Part shown: positions 32,233-44,139 of the stretch, one piece after another | Position numbering within the stretch: position 1 is the stretch's first letter | Layout: every line of letters starts with the position of its first letter | Assembly (NCBI GenBank): GCA_963817955.1 | Contig: CAWFQK010000004.1 | Location: forward strand, 672,001-736,000 | DNA: 64,000 nt | Direction of reading: 5' to 3' | From: an uncultured Gemmatimonadaceae bacterium | Lineage (GTDB): Bacteria > Gemmatimonadota > Gemmatimonadetes > Gemmatimonadales > Gemmatimonadaceae | Notes under the pieces: model-generated | The model's input: the letters and a program-made list of their open reading frames with translations, nothing else | Told to the model about the DNA's origin: nothing | Database searches by the model: none | Made by a program: the position numbers and the translations under genes

Positions 32233-35200
32233 CTACGCGGTGGGGAGCTGATGCGCCGCATCGAGGAGCGCCTGCACTCTCACGAGCGAGTCCGCGGTCT
32301 CCTGCTCGCCTGACATGTACACCGCCTCGCCACTCGTGCTCGGGAAGAAGAAGGAAAAGCGTGACAGCGCCGAGCCGGTGAGTGCCGTGAGGGCGGCGGA
32401 GTAGACATCGCGCTGAACGCGATACGAATCGCCGATCTCTTGCTCTCGGCCCTCCGCCATGCCATGCGATTTGTAATCGAGGATCTCGAGTCCGCCGTCG
32501 CACTGGGCCACGAGGTCCAATGCTCCCCGGATCAGCGTCACGCCACCATTGGAGCGAGCAAACCAGGTGAAGGCCAGCTCACGCTCGGAACGATCGGCGA
32601 TGCACATTCGCTTGACTGACGCGTGAGCCCGCGTGGCGTCGATCATCCGGCGGAGCCGAGGCACCGCTTCGCAGATCCGTGGGGACAGCGCATTGTCGCC
32701 GAGCTGCGCGCAAAGTTCGCGCTCCAGATATTCGTCGAGATCCGCGTCATCTCGATTGTGCTCCAGCGCTCCATGCAGCACGGTGCCCAAGACAATCCCC
32801 GGGATCCACTGCCCAGCCGACGAGAGCTCAGCCGTACCTGTGAGAACCGCGTGCGCAGAGTCATCGAGGCCGCTCCGGTACCGCTCGCGATACGCCTTCG
32901 GATCAGCATGCAGCAGCATGAGCTGCGTCGCCGAGCGTGCAGGGAGTGGCGCAATCGCGGACAGCGAAGCGATCCTCACCGAGAGAGCCTTCGCGACGTC
33001 TGGCGGCAGACTGGCGGCGCGTGTCTGCTCCAGCGTCGGCAGGGTGCGCGCAAGGTCGAGAGCCTCACTCTGGGGCTCCAGCATCGTCTCGCCGAGCGTC
33101 CACCGCTCGCCGCCATACGCATACGTGAAGTGGTCCTCCTCGGGCTCGAGCGCACGGAGCAACCAGTGCGGCACCATCTTCGCGGCCGACTCGGACGCGA
33201 GATGCGCTCTGGCCTCATCGACAGCGTTAGCGCCAGCGCACAGGATCAGGCGGTCCTGAGCGCGTGTCGTCGCGACGTACCACAGCCGCTTTTCCTCAGC
33301 CTCCGACAGCGCGACATCTCGCTGACGCAGACACTCGAAGGCACCGGCGGCAACAGCCGTCTCGTCACTTCCCGCTACCGAGTGCGTCAGTGCGATCCCC
33401 GCGATTGGATCGGCATAGAATGTGGGCATCTTCAGGATATTCACGATCTTACAATCGAGTGAAGCGAGAAATACGATCCGCCACTCGAGTCCCTTCGCGC
33501 CGTGCACCGTGCTCAGCGTGACGACATCCTCACCCGCCGTATAGAGCGCCGCGTCGCCGTCTCGCGCGGCTCCGTCCTCTCGCTCCTCCATGAACGACAG
33601 GAATTCCTCGACGCTTGCATTCGGCTGTCCCTCGGCGGTCCTCACGAGTTTTCGCAGATTGGAAAGTGCCTGCTCGCCGCCCGATTCGGCCAGCAACTGC
33701 ATCGAGTACCCACTCGCGATGAGCACATGATCGATCAGCGCGGCAACGGGCATCCGATCGCGCATCAGGCGCGCGGCGCCCAGCCAACGCGAGGCTTGCC
33801 TGGCCTGGGGCTCCTGACCATCCGCCGCAAGTCCGAGCATCGCCGAGAATGGCTCCCCTCTGTGATCCGTGCGGAAGCGATAGAGCGACTGATCCGACAC
33901 GCCAACAAAGGGAGAGCGCAACAATCCGATCCACGCGACGTCGTCGTGAGGGTTGATCAGCGCCGTCAGGAGGAGACGTACATCGCGGATCTCTCGGCGG
34001 CTATACAAGCCGGAGCTACCAGCGACATAATGAGGGATGCCGAGCTTACGGAACACGGTTTCGTAGGCAGGCAGCGCGGTGCGCGTCCGGAACAGAATCG
34101 CGATGTCACGATAATGGATGCGCCGCTTCTCGCCGGTGCGGTCCACCGCAAGATGATCGGTGCCCTTCTCTACCATCTCGCGAATGCGCGTCCCCACGAT
34201 CGCCGCCTCGATGTTTCGCTTTTCGTCTGCCGTGCCGACTGTTGGGACGGCCAGCAGCTCGAGATGCTCCTCCAGAATCGCGGGCGGACGGTGCGCCACG
34301 AGCGGCGTGTACGCCACCTCGTGCCCCACCGCCATGACCGCTGGGCGCCCAATTCCGATCAGCCCATCGAAAGTTGCATTCACGTAGCCCAGGATCGGCG
34401 CGCGGCTGCGGAAGTTTGTGTCTAATGTGATCGGCTGAATGCCGCGCGATGCAAACTCGGTGCTGACCTCCTTCCAGAGCGACACATCCGCGCGCCGAAA
34501 GCGATAGATGCTCTGTTTGGGGTCGCCGACAATGCACAGCCAGGGCGCAACTACCGGCGCATCCACCGGCGCATCCACCGGCGCAGCACCCGTGTCGCCC
34601 GGCTCGATGCCGCAGATGCGGTAGGCGATGTCGAGCTGATCGCGGTCGGTGTCCTGGAACTCGTCGATGAAGAGCCACTTGAGCCGGCGCTGGACGACCT
34701 TCAACACATCAGGCCGTCCATCCAGCACAGAGCGAGTTCTTGCGATCAGAGCATCGAAGTCGAGCTTGCCCTCTTGCGCGAGTCGTGCATCGAGCGCCGC
34801 ACGCGCCTCGCTGGCGATCGTGAGCAGGGTGCACGCCACTCGCGCTGCCGCCGAATCCACGTCCGGACGCCAGTTGCCTACGTCCACGCCACAGCCCCAC
34901 CCTTCCCGCTGCTCGTCGATGCAGCGCTGCAGCTGCTCGAGACGAGGGGCTCCCGCAACCGACCATGCGGCCATTGCTTCGCTGGCGATGGTCCCTCGCG
35001 AGACGATCCGCGCGATCTCCCGCTCCGCCGCCGCGAGGCCGACGACCTCGGCCAGCTCGAATGCGGATTCGCGTTCCTCATTGAGGGCAGCGTGAAGCGC
35101 CGTCCTCGCCGCTTCCGCGGCGAACTGCCTTCCCTCCCCCTCATCAGCGATCTGGAATGCCGGGTCGAGTCCGACGCGGAGCGCGAACTCGCGCAGCAGC

Positions 35201-35595
35201 TGTCCGCAGAAGCTGTGTATCGTCCCCACACGCGCGCGGTCCACTTCATACACCCGGTTCCGCCACGTCAGCTCCGACTCGGCATCGCCTGCCCGCATGT
35301 GGAAATCGGCGATCAGTCGCATCCGGTCACGGAGCTTTCGCTTGAAGTCAGCCGCCGCCGCGTTCGTGAATGTGATCGCAGCAATCTCTGACAACTCGCA
35401 ACGGCGAATCGGCGTGTGCCCGGGCGCCCGGTCGGCACCAAGCGAGTAGACGATCTTGTCTACCAGTGTTGTCGTCTTGCCGGAACCGGCGCCCGCCTCG
35501 AGCAGCAGGTGCCCCTCGCGGACGATCGCCGCCAATTGGTCTGGTGTGGGCGACGGCTCGCCATCGAACGGTGTGTCACGCACGTGGTTCACCAT
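32233..35595 (-). CDS. addA: AddA/UvrD-like helicase-nuclease
   Basis: AGAGSGKT, IDEFQDT, VGDPKQSIYRFR, NFRS, HGAKGLE, YVATTRA; C-terminal LDLV...LDYKS nuclease. Confidence 0.9.
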   Translation of the reverse strand: MVNHVRDTPFDGEPSPTPDQLAAIVREGHLLLEAGAGSGKTTTLVDKIVYSLGADRAPGHTPIRRCELSEIAAITFTNAAAADFKRKLRDRMRLIADFHMRAGDAESELTWRNRVYEVDRARVGTIHSFCGQLLREFALRVGLDPAFQIADEGEGRQFAAEAARTALHAALNEERESAFELAEVVGLAAAEREIARIVSRGTIASEAMAAWSVAGAPRLEQLQRCIDEQREGWGCGVDVGNWRPDVDSAAARVACTLLTIASEARAALDARLAQEGKLDFDALIARTRSVLDGRPDVLKVVQRRLKWLFIDEFQDTDRDQLDIAYRICGIEPGDTGAAPVDAPVDAPVVAPWLCIVGDPKQSIYRFRRADVSLWKEVSTEFASRGIQPITLDTNFRSRAPILGYVNATFDGLIGIGRPAVMAVGHEVAYTPLVAHRPPAILEEHLELLAVPTVGTADEKRNIEAAIVGTRIREMVEKGTDHLAVDRTGEKRRIHYRDIAILFRTRTALPAYETVFRKLGIPHYVAGSSGLYSRREIRDVRLLLTALINPHDDVAWIGLLRSPFVGVSDQSLYRFRTDHRGEPFSAMLGLAADGQEPQARQASRWLGAARLMRDRMPVAALIDHVLIASGYSMQLLAESGGEQALSNLRKLVRTAEGQPNASVEEFLSFMEEREDGAARDGDAALYTAGEDVVTLSTVHGAKGLEWRIVFLASLDCKIVNILKMPTFYADPIAGIALTHSVAGSDETAVAAGAFECLRQRDVALSEAEEKRLWYVATTRAQDRLILCAGANAVDEARAHLASESAAKMVPHWLLRALEPEEDHFTYAYGGERWTLGETMLEPQSEALDLARTLPTLEQTRAASLPPDVAKALSVRIASLSAIAPLPARSATQLMLLHADPKAYRERYRSGLDDSAHAVLTGTAELSSAGQWIPGIVLGTVLHGALEHNRDDADLDEYLERELCAQLGDNALSPRICEAVPRLRRMIDATRAHASVKRMCIADRSERELAFTWFARSNGGVTLIRGALDLVAQCDGGLEILDYKSHGMAEGREQEIGDSYRVQRDVYSAALTALTGSALSRFSFFFPSTSGEAVYMSGEQETADSLVRVQALLDAAHQLPTA

Positions 35596-38500
35596 GACTT
35601 CACTCGCTCCTCGCGACACACGTCGCGGAAGTCGCAGTAACGCAGGCAGTCCACCTTCTCGGGCGCGCGAGCCGGAAAGCGGCCCGCCGTGATGCCATCG
35701 CTGATGGAGAGCGCCAGGCCGGCCGCGCCGTCGATCGTTGCTTGCGCCTTCAGTTGCGTCGCATTGCCGAGCTCCTTGACGCCCGCTTTGACCACGGAGC
35801 AGCGATCGAGTGGGGCCTTTCGCTCCAGCCCGTGGACAAGTTGATAGGCGCCGCCCCAGATGCGAGCCTTCGGTTCGATCTCTCGCAAGGCGGCGATGTA
35901 CAGCGCAAGTTGCAGCACCGCGCCGGCGGGCTGCAGGTTCGTGAGACCACTGAACGCGCTCCCCCCCGACTTGTGGTCCACTACATAGAGGTACTCCTCG
36001 GCACCCGCGACCAGCATGCGGTCGACACGATCGATCCGGCCACGCAGCTTGATCGTTCGCCCTCCACTCTCCAGGACGACGACCGGTGACTCGGCGCCGT
36101 CTACACCGAAGCCCTGTTCCATGCGCAACGGCACGCGCGGTGCCTTCTTGTTCGCCGTCATCTCCCAGACGACGTAGTCTGCGAGCGTAGCAGCCATCTC
36201 TCGAGCGCGCCCACGCAAGATTCCGCGTTGGGCACTTTCACCGGGCACCAACTCCACCTCGCACTCGTCTCGCGACGATCGTGCGAGCGCGGTCAGCATT
36301 GACCGGAATGCAGCGCCTCGTCACCGAACTCGCTCACGAGGCGCCCGTACACTCGCCCTAGCACCGCGTGCATCACCGCGCCCTGGTATCGTGCGCCCTC
36401 CTCGTCCTCGATCACCTCGGTCTGCCGGACGCCGAGCGCGTACTTGGCAAAGAAGGAGAAGGGACAACGACCGTACGCCTCGAACTGCGTCGCACTCCAC
36501 ACCCGATGGCCATAGTCGCGGCGGAGCACATCGAGAAGTGCCGGTTCCTCGACGAGCCCGTTCCAGGAGTGTGCCAGCTCGCTACGGTCGAACTCCGGCG
36601 CACGCGCGGCGACACGCATCGCGGCACGCGTGTCGGCAACGCCGGCCAACGTCAGCAACCGCTCGACCTCTTCCACTCGCTTCGCCTCACGAGCGGAGAA
36701 CCCGAGCAGCGCATTGCGCTGGCACGCATCGAGCTGGCACACATCGACCCCAAGCGAGCGCGCCGTCAGCAATTCGAGTTCGTGGAAGCTCCAGACTTCG
36801 TCAACCGAGCTGGGGATGACGTACGAACCCGGGATGCGAATGACCCAGTCGGAAGCCTTCGCCCCTGGCTCCGCGCCGCCGAGCCTCGCGTCATAGCGAG
36901 AGACGACCTCGTCCAGGTAGGCCGCACCGAGTTGGGGCGCGCCGTTCGCATCCGCGTAGGAATAACTCAACGCGAGCGAACGCCGCGCCGATCGTGCCAG
37001 GGAATACCAGAGCGCCGCCTCGCGGCTGAACCAGATGCGGGCTGGCTCAGTGGGCAGACCCTTCGCGAAGAGCTCCACTTTCTCATCGTCAGCGATCAGC
37101 CCGTCCGGCGGAGGCTCAGCCGGAAAAGCGCCGACACTCATGCCCACCACGAACACGTGCTCGAACGACCGGCCCTCCGCGGCGAGCGCCTCGAGCAGAT
37201 GCACACCGCCGGCGATTCCCGTTGGGACGGTAACCTCATTCTTGGAGAGGGTGGCCTGGAGCGCCTGCACCCAGTCGCCGAGCGTCAATGCCCGCTCGCC
37301 ATCTGGATCGTGTACGAGGGCACGCTTCCAACTCAGGAGCACCGCCTTGGCCTCCTTCAGAGCGGAAGCGTCGATCCGCGCGGCGGAAACAAGGGGCAAC
37401 GGCGATTCATCGGTCAGCGTCGGAGTTGCGTTGATCGCGAGGCCGAGCAGACCATTGTCCATTCCCGCCCGTGCCGCGCCCGCGGAGTCAGCGCCGATCG
37501 CACGGAGCGTCAACGTGATCCAGTCGGTTGCTCGCCGCGCCTCCGTGAACGATGACATATGAGCGTCCACCTGGCGTATCCCGTCGATGGCAGATCGCAG
37601 TCTGTCAGGGTCCGGGCCCTCGAACTCATCGGCATTCGCTTGCGCTTCGGCCTCGAGACGCTCCAGTGCGGCTATCCATTCGGTCAAGCCACTCGGGCGG
37701 AGTTGCGACGCCGCGTAATCGAGTACCCGTACGTCGAGGTGCGTGGTGAAGTAGGGCGATCCCCCAAGTTCGCGAATACCCAACCAGGTCCACCCGTCCG
37801 CGGCGGCGTGCAGGCAGCGCAGCAGTGCCGCGATCACCGGGACATCGGTCAGATTGTGCCTCAGGCGCGCGGAGAACGGGATGCCATACCGCGCGAATAC
37901 GTCGGCTGCCGATGTCAGATAGGGCCGAGCATCGCGGGCAACGACGGCGATGTCGGACGGTCGCGTCGTCTCTGCTTGCCCTGAGCTGAGCAGGCTCTTG
38001 ACCGTGCGCGCGACATGCTCGAGTTCGCGAATGATGTCTGGCGCCGCCGTGACCGAGACCTCCGATGAGGGGGATGCGGTGGCGCCGCCCAGTGTGAACA
38101 GCGTCGCTCCCAGGTGCCGGAGCGCTGGGGAGAGGGTGGCTTTGCTATCGATGACGCGTGTCTCGTCGGCGTGCTCGCGAAGCCATGCCTCTACGTCGCG
38201 CTCCTCGGTACCAGGAGTACCGGTAGCACCAGTCGCGTGGTTCGAGTCAGCGATGTAGACGCGGATCTCCTCGATGAAGGGAGCTGCGTGCAACGCCTGA
38301 AGAAGCACGCGCCACCCACGCCGCAGATCGGCCAGTCCGTAGATGTCGATCGAGCGCTTCTCTCCGACCGCACGAAGCGGGCGCCGTAATCCTTCTCTGG
38401 CGATCGTTGGACGCTCGGCGATCGCATGCGCCGCCTGGAGCAAGCCGTCTCGCCCGTCCGTGCGTGCGACGCCGGCGCGTAACGGCAAGGCGGCGAGGAT

Positions 38501-38983
38501 CGCGAGATATCGGCCATATACGGCTGCGATGTCAGCGTTGCGCTTTCCTTCCCACTCGCCATGCTGCGCGGCGGCGAGGCGCTCCGCCGCGCCGGCATCC
38601 GTGACTCCAGCAGCGACCAGATCGCCGAACAGACGATCGAGCGACTCCGCGACCGTTGCGCGAATGGAGGTGGCGCCGAGTCCCGAGAGCGAGACGTCGC
38701 GCATGGCACGCCGGATCAACGCCTCGCGCTCCAGGGCATCGAGCGGGGCAAGGTCGCCGGCAAACAGCGCCGGGAGGTCCGCGAAGACGACGATCGGCTG
38801 GCCGAGCCAGCCGATCGCTGAACCACTTGCGGCGAGCTGGTGGACTGCGTCACGGAGTCCGCCCTGACGGACCGCAAGGAGAGGCAACGGCTCGACGCAG
38901 GGGCCCGGCGAGCAGAACGGCGCGGCGGCAGCGCTGAGAAGCGCGTGGGCATCCGCGCCCGAGATACTGATGAGTCGCGCCAT
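35589..38983 (-). CDS. addB: AddB-like PD-(D/E)xK nuclease, split by a frameshift near 36295
   Basis: N-part ends WSATQFEAYGRCPF; C-part has GRIDRVD, VDHKSG, QLALY, C..CDFRDVC (Fe-S staple cysteines across the break). Confidence 0.82.
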
Positions 38984-38985
38984 GT

Positions 38986-40284
38986 TCAGCTCGAGAGTGG
39001 CGGCCGGAGCTCCGGAGCGACGAGCGCAACGGGCATCACCTCCAGCGCATTCAACGGAAGCAGTTCCTTGGTCCTGCCTGCACCGAGCGACTGGAAACGC
39101 CGCGCCTGAGGCAGCACGCGTTTCTCGAGCGAGCCAACTGCCTTGTTGTAGGCGTGCACCGACTTGCCGAGGTGGTCGCCGACGTCGTCGAAGTGCTCGG
39201 CCAGTGTGCGGATGCGCTCGTACAGTTCGCGCCCCAGTTCACTGATCGTTTGTGCATTCTCGGCGATGGCTTCCTGACGCCAGCCGAAGGCGACCGCCTT
39301 GAGCAGTGCAATGAGCGTGGTCGGCGTAGCGATGATCACATTGTGCTCGAACGAGTGCTCGAATAACGCCGGGTCGAACTCGAGCGCGACGCTGAAGAAC
39401 GCCTCACTCGGGAGAAAGAGCACGACGAACTCTGGAGCATGGTCGAACTGCTCCCAGTAGGCCTTCCGGCTCAATGCCTCGATGTGTTTCTTGACACCGA
39501 GCACATGCTCCACACAGAGCTGCTTCCTCCGCTCGTCGTCCTGACAATTGACTGCTTCCAGAACCGCGGTTGCCGGGGTCTTGGCGTCAACGACGATCGT
39601 TTTCCCGCCCGGGAGACGGACCACCATGTCCGGACGCAGCTTGCCGTCGTCGCTCTCCACGGTATGCTGCGTCGTGAAATCGCAGTGTTCCAGCATCCCC
39701 GACAACTCGACGACGCGCTTGAGCTGGAGCTCGCCCCAGGCGCCGCGGACGTTCGAGCTGCGAAGCGCCTTCGAGAGATTCGCGGTTTCGCCCCGGAGCA
39801 CGTCGCTAGCCACTGACATCAACTGGATCCGTTCGGTGAGTGACGCGAATGACTCCGCCCGTGCGATCTCGATGTCGTGCAGCTTCTTGTCGTACTTTTC
39901 GAGTCCATCGCGGATTGGCTTGACGAGGCTCTGGATCGCCGTTTCCTTATCGGCCAGCTCGGCCTGCGCGGAAAGGCGAATCCGTTCGAGCTCCGTACGA
40001 GCAAGCAGAAGGAACTGTTCGTTGTTGCTTTTCAGTGCCTCGCCGCAGAGAGACTGGAAGGATTCCTTGAGTTGGGTCTGCGACTTCGTCAGATCTTCCA
40101 TCCGGCGCTCGGCCACGACGAGCTGCGCGCGAAGCTCGGCTTCGCGCACGGCAGCTTGGCTCGTCATTTCGCTCACCGTCTGCGCGCCCTGGGCGGCAGA
40201 CAGCTTTCTGTAGACCAGGAAGAAGAGCGTTGCGCCTAACCCTGTACCGGCCAGGAAGAGCAAGACCACGATAACTGGCGGCAT
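38986..40284 (-). CDS. rmuC: DNA recombination protein RmuC
   Basis: [40 protein letters not shown]. Confidence 0.95.
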   Translation of the reverse strand: MPPVIVVLLFLAGTGLGATLFFLVYRKLSAAQGAQTVSEMTSQAAVREAELRAQLVVAERRMEDLTKSQTQLKESFQSLCGEALKSNNEQFLLLARTELERIRLSAQAELADKETAIQSLVKPIRDGLEKYDKKLHDIEIARAESFASLTERIQLMSVASDVLRGETANLSKALRSSNVRGAWGELQLKRVVELSGMLEHCDFTTQHTVESDDGKLRPDMVVRLPGGKTIVVDAKTPATAVLEAVNCQDDERRKQLCVEHVLGVKKHIEALSRKAYWEQFDHAPEFVVLFLPSEAFFSVALEFDPALFEHSFEHNVIIATPTTLIALLKAVAFGWRQEAIAENAQTISELGRELYERIRTLAEHFDDVGDHLGKSVHAYNKAVGSLEKRVLPQARRFQSLGAGRTKELLPLNALEVMPVALVAPELRPPLSS

Positions 40285-40605
40285 TGGAAGCCTATTCGAA
40301 AGCGGGAATTACTGCTCCTGAACCTCGAGGATCACGATCTTCCTGCCAGGTGAGGCCGCACGAACTCCGTGAGTGTTTCCTGGTCTACAATTGACTCGGA
40401 CATCAGACGATTGGCTATGGCATCCAGGAGTGGGCGGCGCTACTGCAGCGGCTCGGGGTTGTCGCAGTGAGTATTATGGCCGAGCGATGCACCGTCGCGC
40501 TTGATGCGTTCCTCCGCTGTATGATGTACGGAGGGTCTGACAGGGACCAATCAGCACCGGCAGCCGGACGGTGGCTCACAGACTGTTGAACTACGAGTGA
40601 ATCGC
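40280..40605. repeat. Deleted copy of the segment also at 46811-47320 and 57349-57670
   Basis: Shared GGCATTGGAAGCCTATTCGAA, GTGAGGCCGCAC...TTGGCTATGG blocks. Confidence 0.9.
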
Positions 40606-40607
40606 CG

Positions 40608-41840
40608 CTACTCAATGCCGCCCGTAACCACGGCCTGCGGAACCAGCACGCGCGGTCGCATTCGCACGCGATCCTGGAGTGCCAGGCACGGCTGCTCGAC
40701 CAGGCGATAGCTCAGCGCTGACACCACGAGCGTGAGCGACACGATCATCACGATCCAGGACGCATGGGCGGCCCATAGTTGCCATCCGCCGCTTCCCCCG
40801 AAGGACACGAGGCGCGTGCGGACTCCCGCGCATAGCCCGATGATGGGAAGATGGTAGAGATAACCGCCGTAGCTGATGCGCCCGACCGCTCTCAGCGGCC
40901 CCCATGCCATGATGCGACGCGGTCTCGGGTCGACAATCACCCACAGGATCGCGCTCCCGAAGCCCACGGCGCTTAGCGAATAGCCGACCAGCACGACACG
41001 GAGATTCTGTAGATCGTCGCCAACCGCGGCGAACAGCGGCAGTCCCACGATCAAAGCCGCAATGCCGACGCCCCTGTACCAGCGCAACAGCGTGGCAGAA
41101 CCGTCGCTGGACCTCGCCAACACGGCGACGAAGGCGCCGGCCGCGAGCGAATCCATTCGCATGGGCGTGAGCACGTAGGCGCCGAGTAGCGCCGTGTGCG
41201 TGACTGCCCAGCCGACGCGCAGCGCGATGGCGGTGACGAACGCGAGCACGCACACCTTGGCGAGATGCTTGCGCGCAGTGACCAGCACGATCGCCGGCCA
41301 CACGAGATAGAACTGCTCCTCCACCGAAAGCGACCAGAAATGCCCGGTCCAGAACCACTCCGTTGTGGGAGACCGGACTTGCAACACGTTCACCAGGTAC
41401 GTCCAGTACCATCCCTCATGCGCACGCAAGTGCATGTACTGCCAGCCCATCCCATGCGCGAAATACCACGAGCCGAACGGAATCCAGACGAACAGCACGA
41501 CGAGGAGCAGGTAGTAAATCGGAAAGATGCGCAGTGCTCGCCGCGCGTAGAACGATCGAAAGAAGTCAGGGTCGTCGCGCGTATCGATCAGAATCCCCGT
41601 GATGAGAAATCCGCTCAGCACGAAGAAGAGATCGACGCCGAGCCAGCCGTGGATCATGACGCGGTCGAGCAGGTCGAGGTTCGCGACGAGGCCGGGGAAG
41701 ATCAGATGGCAACACACGACCGCAAGCATCGCCACGCCACGTACGCCGTCGAGCGCCGGGATGCGATCGCGGCGGTCTCGCACGAGCGGCGCGATCTCAG
41801 GGGTTGATGCAACCATATCCTGAAAAACGACTAGCAGCAT
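40608..41840 (-). CDS. Acyltransferase-3 (OafA-like) membrane O-acyltransferase
   Basis: LDGVRG, GVDLFFVLSGFLI, RRALRIFP, HFWSLSVEEQFY, GRISYGGYLYH. Confidence 0.93.
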   Translation of the reverse strand: MLLVVFQDMVASTPEIAPLVRDRRDRIPALDGVRGVAMLAVVCCHLIFPGLVANLDLLDRVMIHGWLGVDLFFVLSGFLITGILIDTRDDPDFFRSFYARRALRIFPIYYLLLVVLFVWIPFGSWYFAHGMGWQYMHLRAHEGWYWTYLVNVLQVRSPTTEWFWTGHFWSLSVEEQFYLVWPAIVLVTARKHLAKVCVLAFVTAIALRVGWAVTHTALLGAYVLTPMRMDSLAAGAFVAVLARSSDGSATLLRWYRGVGIAALIVGLPLFAAVGDDLQNLRVVLVGYSLSAVGFGSAILWVIVDPRPRRIMAWGPLRAVGRISYGGYLYHLPIIGLCAGVRTRLVSFGGSGGWQLWAAHASWIVMIVSLTLVVSALSYRLVEQPCLALQDRVRMRPRVLVPQAVVTGGIE

Positions 41841-41925
41841 GGTCGGGTCACATCGGTGCCGCCCCGGCGCGCCACGCAGTCTTCGCTGCTTCGGCGCTCG
41901 TCAGGCCGTCCGAAACCGTGTCCGC

Positions 41926-43194
41926 TCACGGCATCGGCATTCCGAGGCGCTTGGCCAGCGCGCTCGCCGTCTCCCGCACCGACGTGCTGAGCTTGTCCAG
42001 CATCTGGGGCGCACCCCCGACACGTGACACATCCTGTAGGACCTCAGGAAGGCCAGAGCGGATACGGTGCACGACGTCATCGGCCAGATCCGTCACCAGT
42101 GCCGCCGGCAAGCTGAACTCACGCGCAGCGGTCCTGAGGCTCGCGCGCGTCAGTGCTTGTGGAAGCGTCGTGCCGCAGAAGTGAAGCGCGAACTCGCGGT
42201 CAAGGTTCTCATACACCGCGGTGACCACGACATCGTATGCCGGCGCGAGCCGAACCCGGTCCGCACTCACGTATACGACGCTGATGTTCTTTGCGTGGGC
42301 GTCATAGTTCCCCATCGCGGCGTTCGCCATCGCCCATCGGAAGAGGAGTTCGCGATCCTGAAGCGGGTTCGCGCTCGCACGATTCAGCACCGCGCACAGA
42401 TCGAGGTAGGTGGGGGCGTTCAACTTCGCATACTTGTTTCGGGACAAGCGTCCCGTCAGCTGACACCCATCCTCAGCATGTCGCCGCTGGACGTGCCCCT
42501 CCGGCGTGACCGCACGGTCGAAGCGGGCCGACTCATGACAGTCGGTGGCGACGACACATGGGGCGCTCGAGGCCGTCTCGACTCCCGCCGATTGCATCAG
42601 GCGCATCCCGACCATTTCGGCTTCGAGGAGACCGGGGAAGTCCTGGCCTGGCCGTTTGACGACGACCGTCGTGGGAGCCCCATTCCTCGGAAGTCGGTAC
42701 TCCGGGTGCTCACCGCCGACGGGCGGCATGCGCCAGAGCGCAAGCTTCGGCTGTGCACCGGAGAGTGATGCGCGTCCGGCGATTTGGCGCAGTTGCCCCC
42801 GCGCGTTCGTGAAGGCGACGCTCAGCGCTGGGGCAGACACGTCGTCGTACTCGGGCTTCACGGGCGGTGATTCACCCTCAGGCCAGAGGTGCAGCGCCCC
42901 GGCGCACTCACCACCGACGACGCCGAGGAGACCGACGGTGTCACCGGGGTCGTGTTTCGTCGCCTGCCCAAGCGTGCTACGGAGTGTGCCCTCGGGTAGG
43001 AGGTTCTCGAAGACCGCTGCTGCCTCCAGCCCGATATACGGCTTCGCGCGAACCGGACACGTGAAACCCACAGCGGATTCCGGACGCGCCTCAGCGACGA
43101 CCTCGGCGTCGTAGGTGAACCGCACCGCTCCGTCGGGCGTTGTGTCGAGCACGCCGACGCGTCGCGCGTCGCGCCACACCGTGAGACCGGTCAT
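41926..43194 (-). CDS. hipA: HipA-family kinase toxin
   Basis: FENLLPEG couple domain, SLSGAQPKL, RFDR, GNYDAHAKN, LAPAYD. Confidence 0.92.
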   Translation of the reverse strand: MTGLTVWRDARRVGVLDTTPDGAVRFTYDAEVVAEARPESAVGFTCPVRAKPYIGLEAAAVFENLLPEGTLRSTLGQATKHDPGDTVGLLGVVGGECAGALHLWPEGESPPVKPEYDDVSAPALSVAFTNARGQLRQIAGRASLSGAQPKLALWRMPPVGGEHPEYRLPRNGAPTTVVVKRPGQDFPGLLEAEMVGMRLMQSAGVETASSAPCVVATDCHESARFDRAVTPEGHVQRRHAEDGCQLTGRLSRNKYAKLNAPTYLDLCAVLNRASANPLQDRELLFRWAMANAAMGNYDAHAKNISVVYVSADRVRLAPAYDVVVTAVYENLDREFALHFCGTTLPQALTRASLRTAAREFSLPAALVTDLADDVVHRIRSGLPEVLQDVSRVGGAPQMLDKLSTSVRETASALAKRLGMPMP

Positions 43195-43502
43195 GCATCA
43201 TCTCCACGCGCCGACTGCGAGGGGTCGCGCGGCACGAGGATCACGTCGAACCCGAGGTCGGTGAGAACACGCAGGGTGAGATCGAGTTGCGACCCCCCTT
43301 CACCGCGCTCCAAGCCGCCGAGCATGCTGAGACTCACGCCGAGCCGTCGCGTTGCATCGACCTGCCGTCCGAGGGCGCGCTCGCGGGCCACGCGCACGAC
43401 ATCGCCAACGTCCTTCGGCGTGAAGACACGAACTCCTCGAGCGGCAGCGTCATGCGGCGCTGCTGGCAATTGGGTGAGGTCCGGTCTTCTTGTTCGGGGC
43501 AT
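43191..43502 (-). CDS. hipB: HipB-like HTH antitoxin
   Basis: XRE HTH (LGVS...LERG); ATGA overlap with hipA. Confidence 0.8.
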   Translation of the reverse strand: MPRTRRPDLTQLPAAPHDAAARGVRVFTPKDVGDVVRVARERALGRQVDATRRLGVSLSMLGGLERGEGGSQLDLTLRVLTDLGFDVILVPRDPSQSARGDDA

Positions 43503-43514
43503 TCGTTCACCGCC

Positions 43515-43640
43515 TTGTATATCCTAATAGAAGGTATATTTTGCCTTCCGCTTCCATATACCCTATCGGATATTTTCCCGTCGTCAACGCACTATATACC
43601 CCGTAGGAGCTATAGCCTCCACATGGAAGTCTATATCTCC
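43515..43640. promoter_or_regulatory. AT-rich hipBA promoter region with candidate operators
   Basis: TATCC-N8-GGTAT at 43520-43537 and further TATACC/GGATA half-sites. Confidence 0.5.
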
Positions 43641-43676
43641 CAACGAGGATTGAAGCGCATCTCAGGAGAAGAATCC

Positions 43677-44102
43677 ATGAGCTCAACCAAGCGAAGCGCC
43701 CTCACACTTGCTGTGCTCGCTGTCGTGGCTGCCGGCCTCGACGCCATTGCTGGTCGCGCCCTCCAAGCCTCGCCGACGCCGAGCATCGTGCTCGGCCTTG
43801 GACTTGTGGCGTGGACCACCCTGCGCCTCACCGTCCTACGACAGCCGAGGGCCGCAATCCTCGGCGGCGTTGCAGCCTGGGTCATCTTCCTCGCCACATA
43901 TTGGCTGGCGGCTTCGAGTCTCGTCGGATGGAATGGCTCGCTGCCATGGCGGCCGCGCGGCGAGTGGCTGCTCGGGTGGACGGCCGCAGCGGTTGCTGTC
44001 GCGGCCGTGGCGCGCGCCACGATGGGCCGCAGCCTCGGCCGCGCTCCCGCTAATACGCGGTCGGCGCGGGAGATCTCGCCCGAAGGTTCACGCCAGGGCT
44101 GA
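43677..44102 (+). CDS. Small four-TM hypothetical protein
   Basis: AGGAG RBS; duplicated at 49336-49744. Confidence 0.7.
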   Translation: MSSTKRSALTLAVLAVVAAGLDAIAGRALQASPTPSIVLGLGLVAWTTLRLTVLRQPRAAILGGVAAWVIFLATYWLAASSLVGWNGSLPWRPRGEWLLGWTAAAVAVAAVARATMGRSLGRAPANTRSAREISPEGSRQG

Positions 44103-44139
44103 GACTCGCAGTTCCCGATCAGGGTTAGTTGTTTGAGGA

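Noticed and set aside
34550..34585. 12-bp tandem repeat in addA (APVD APVD APVV)
   Set aside because: Short in-frame loop expansion with no sign of function
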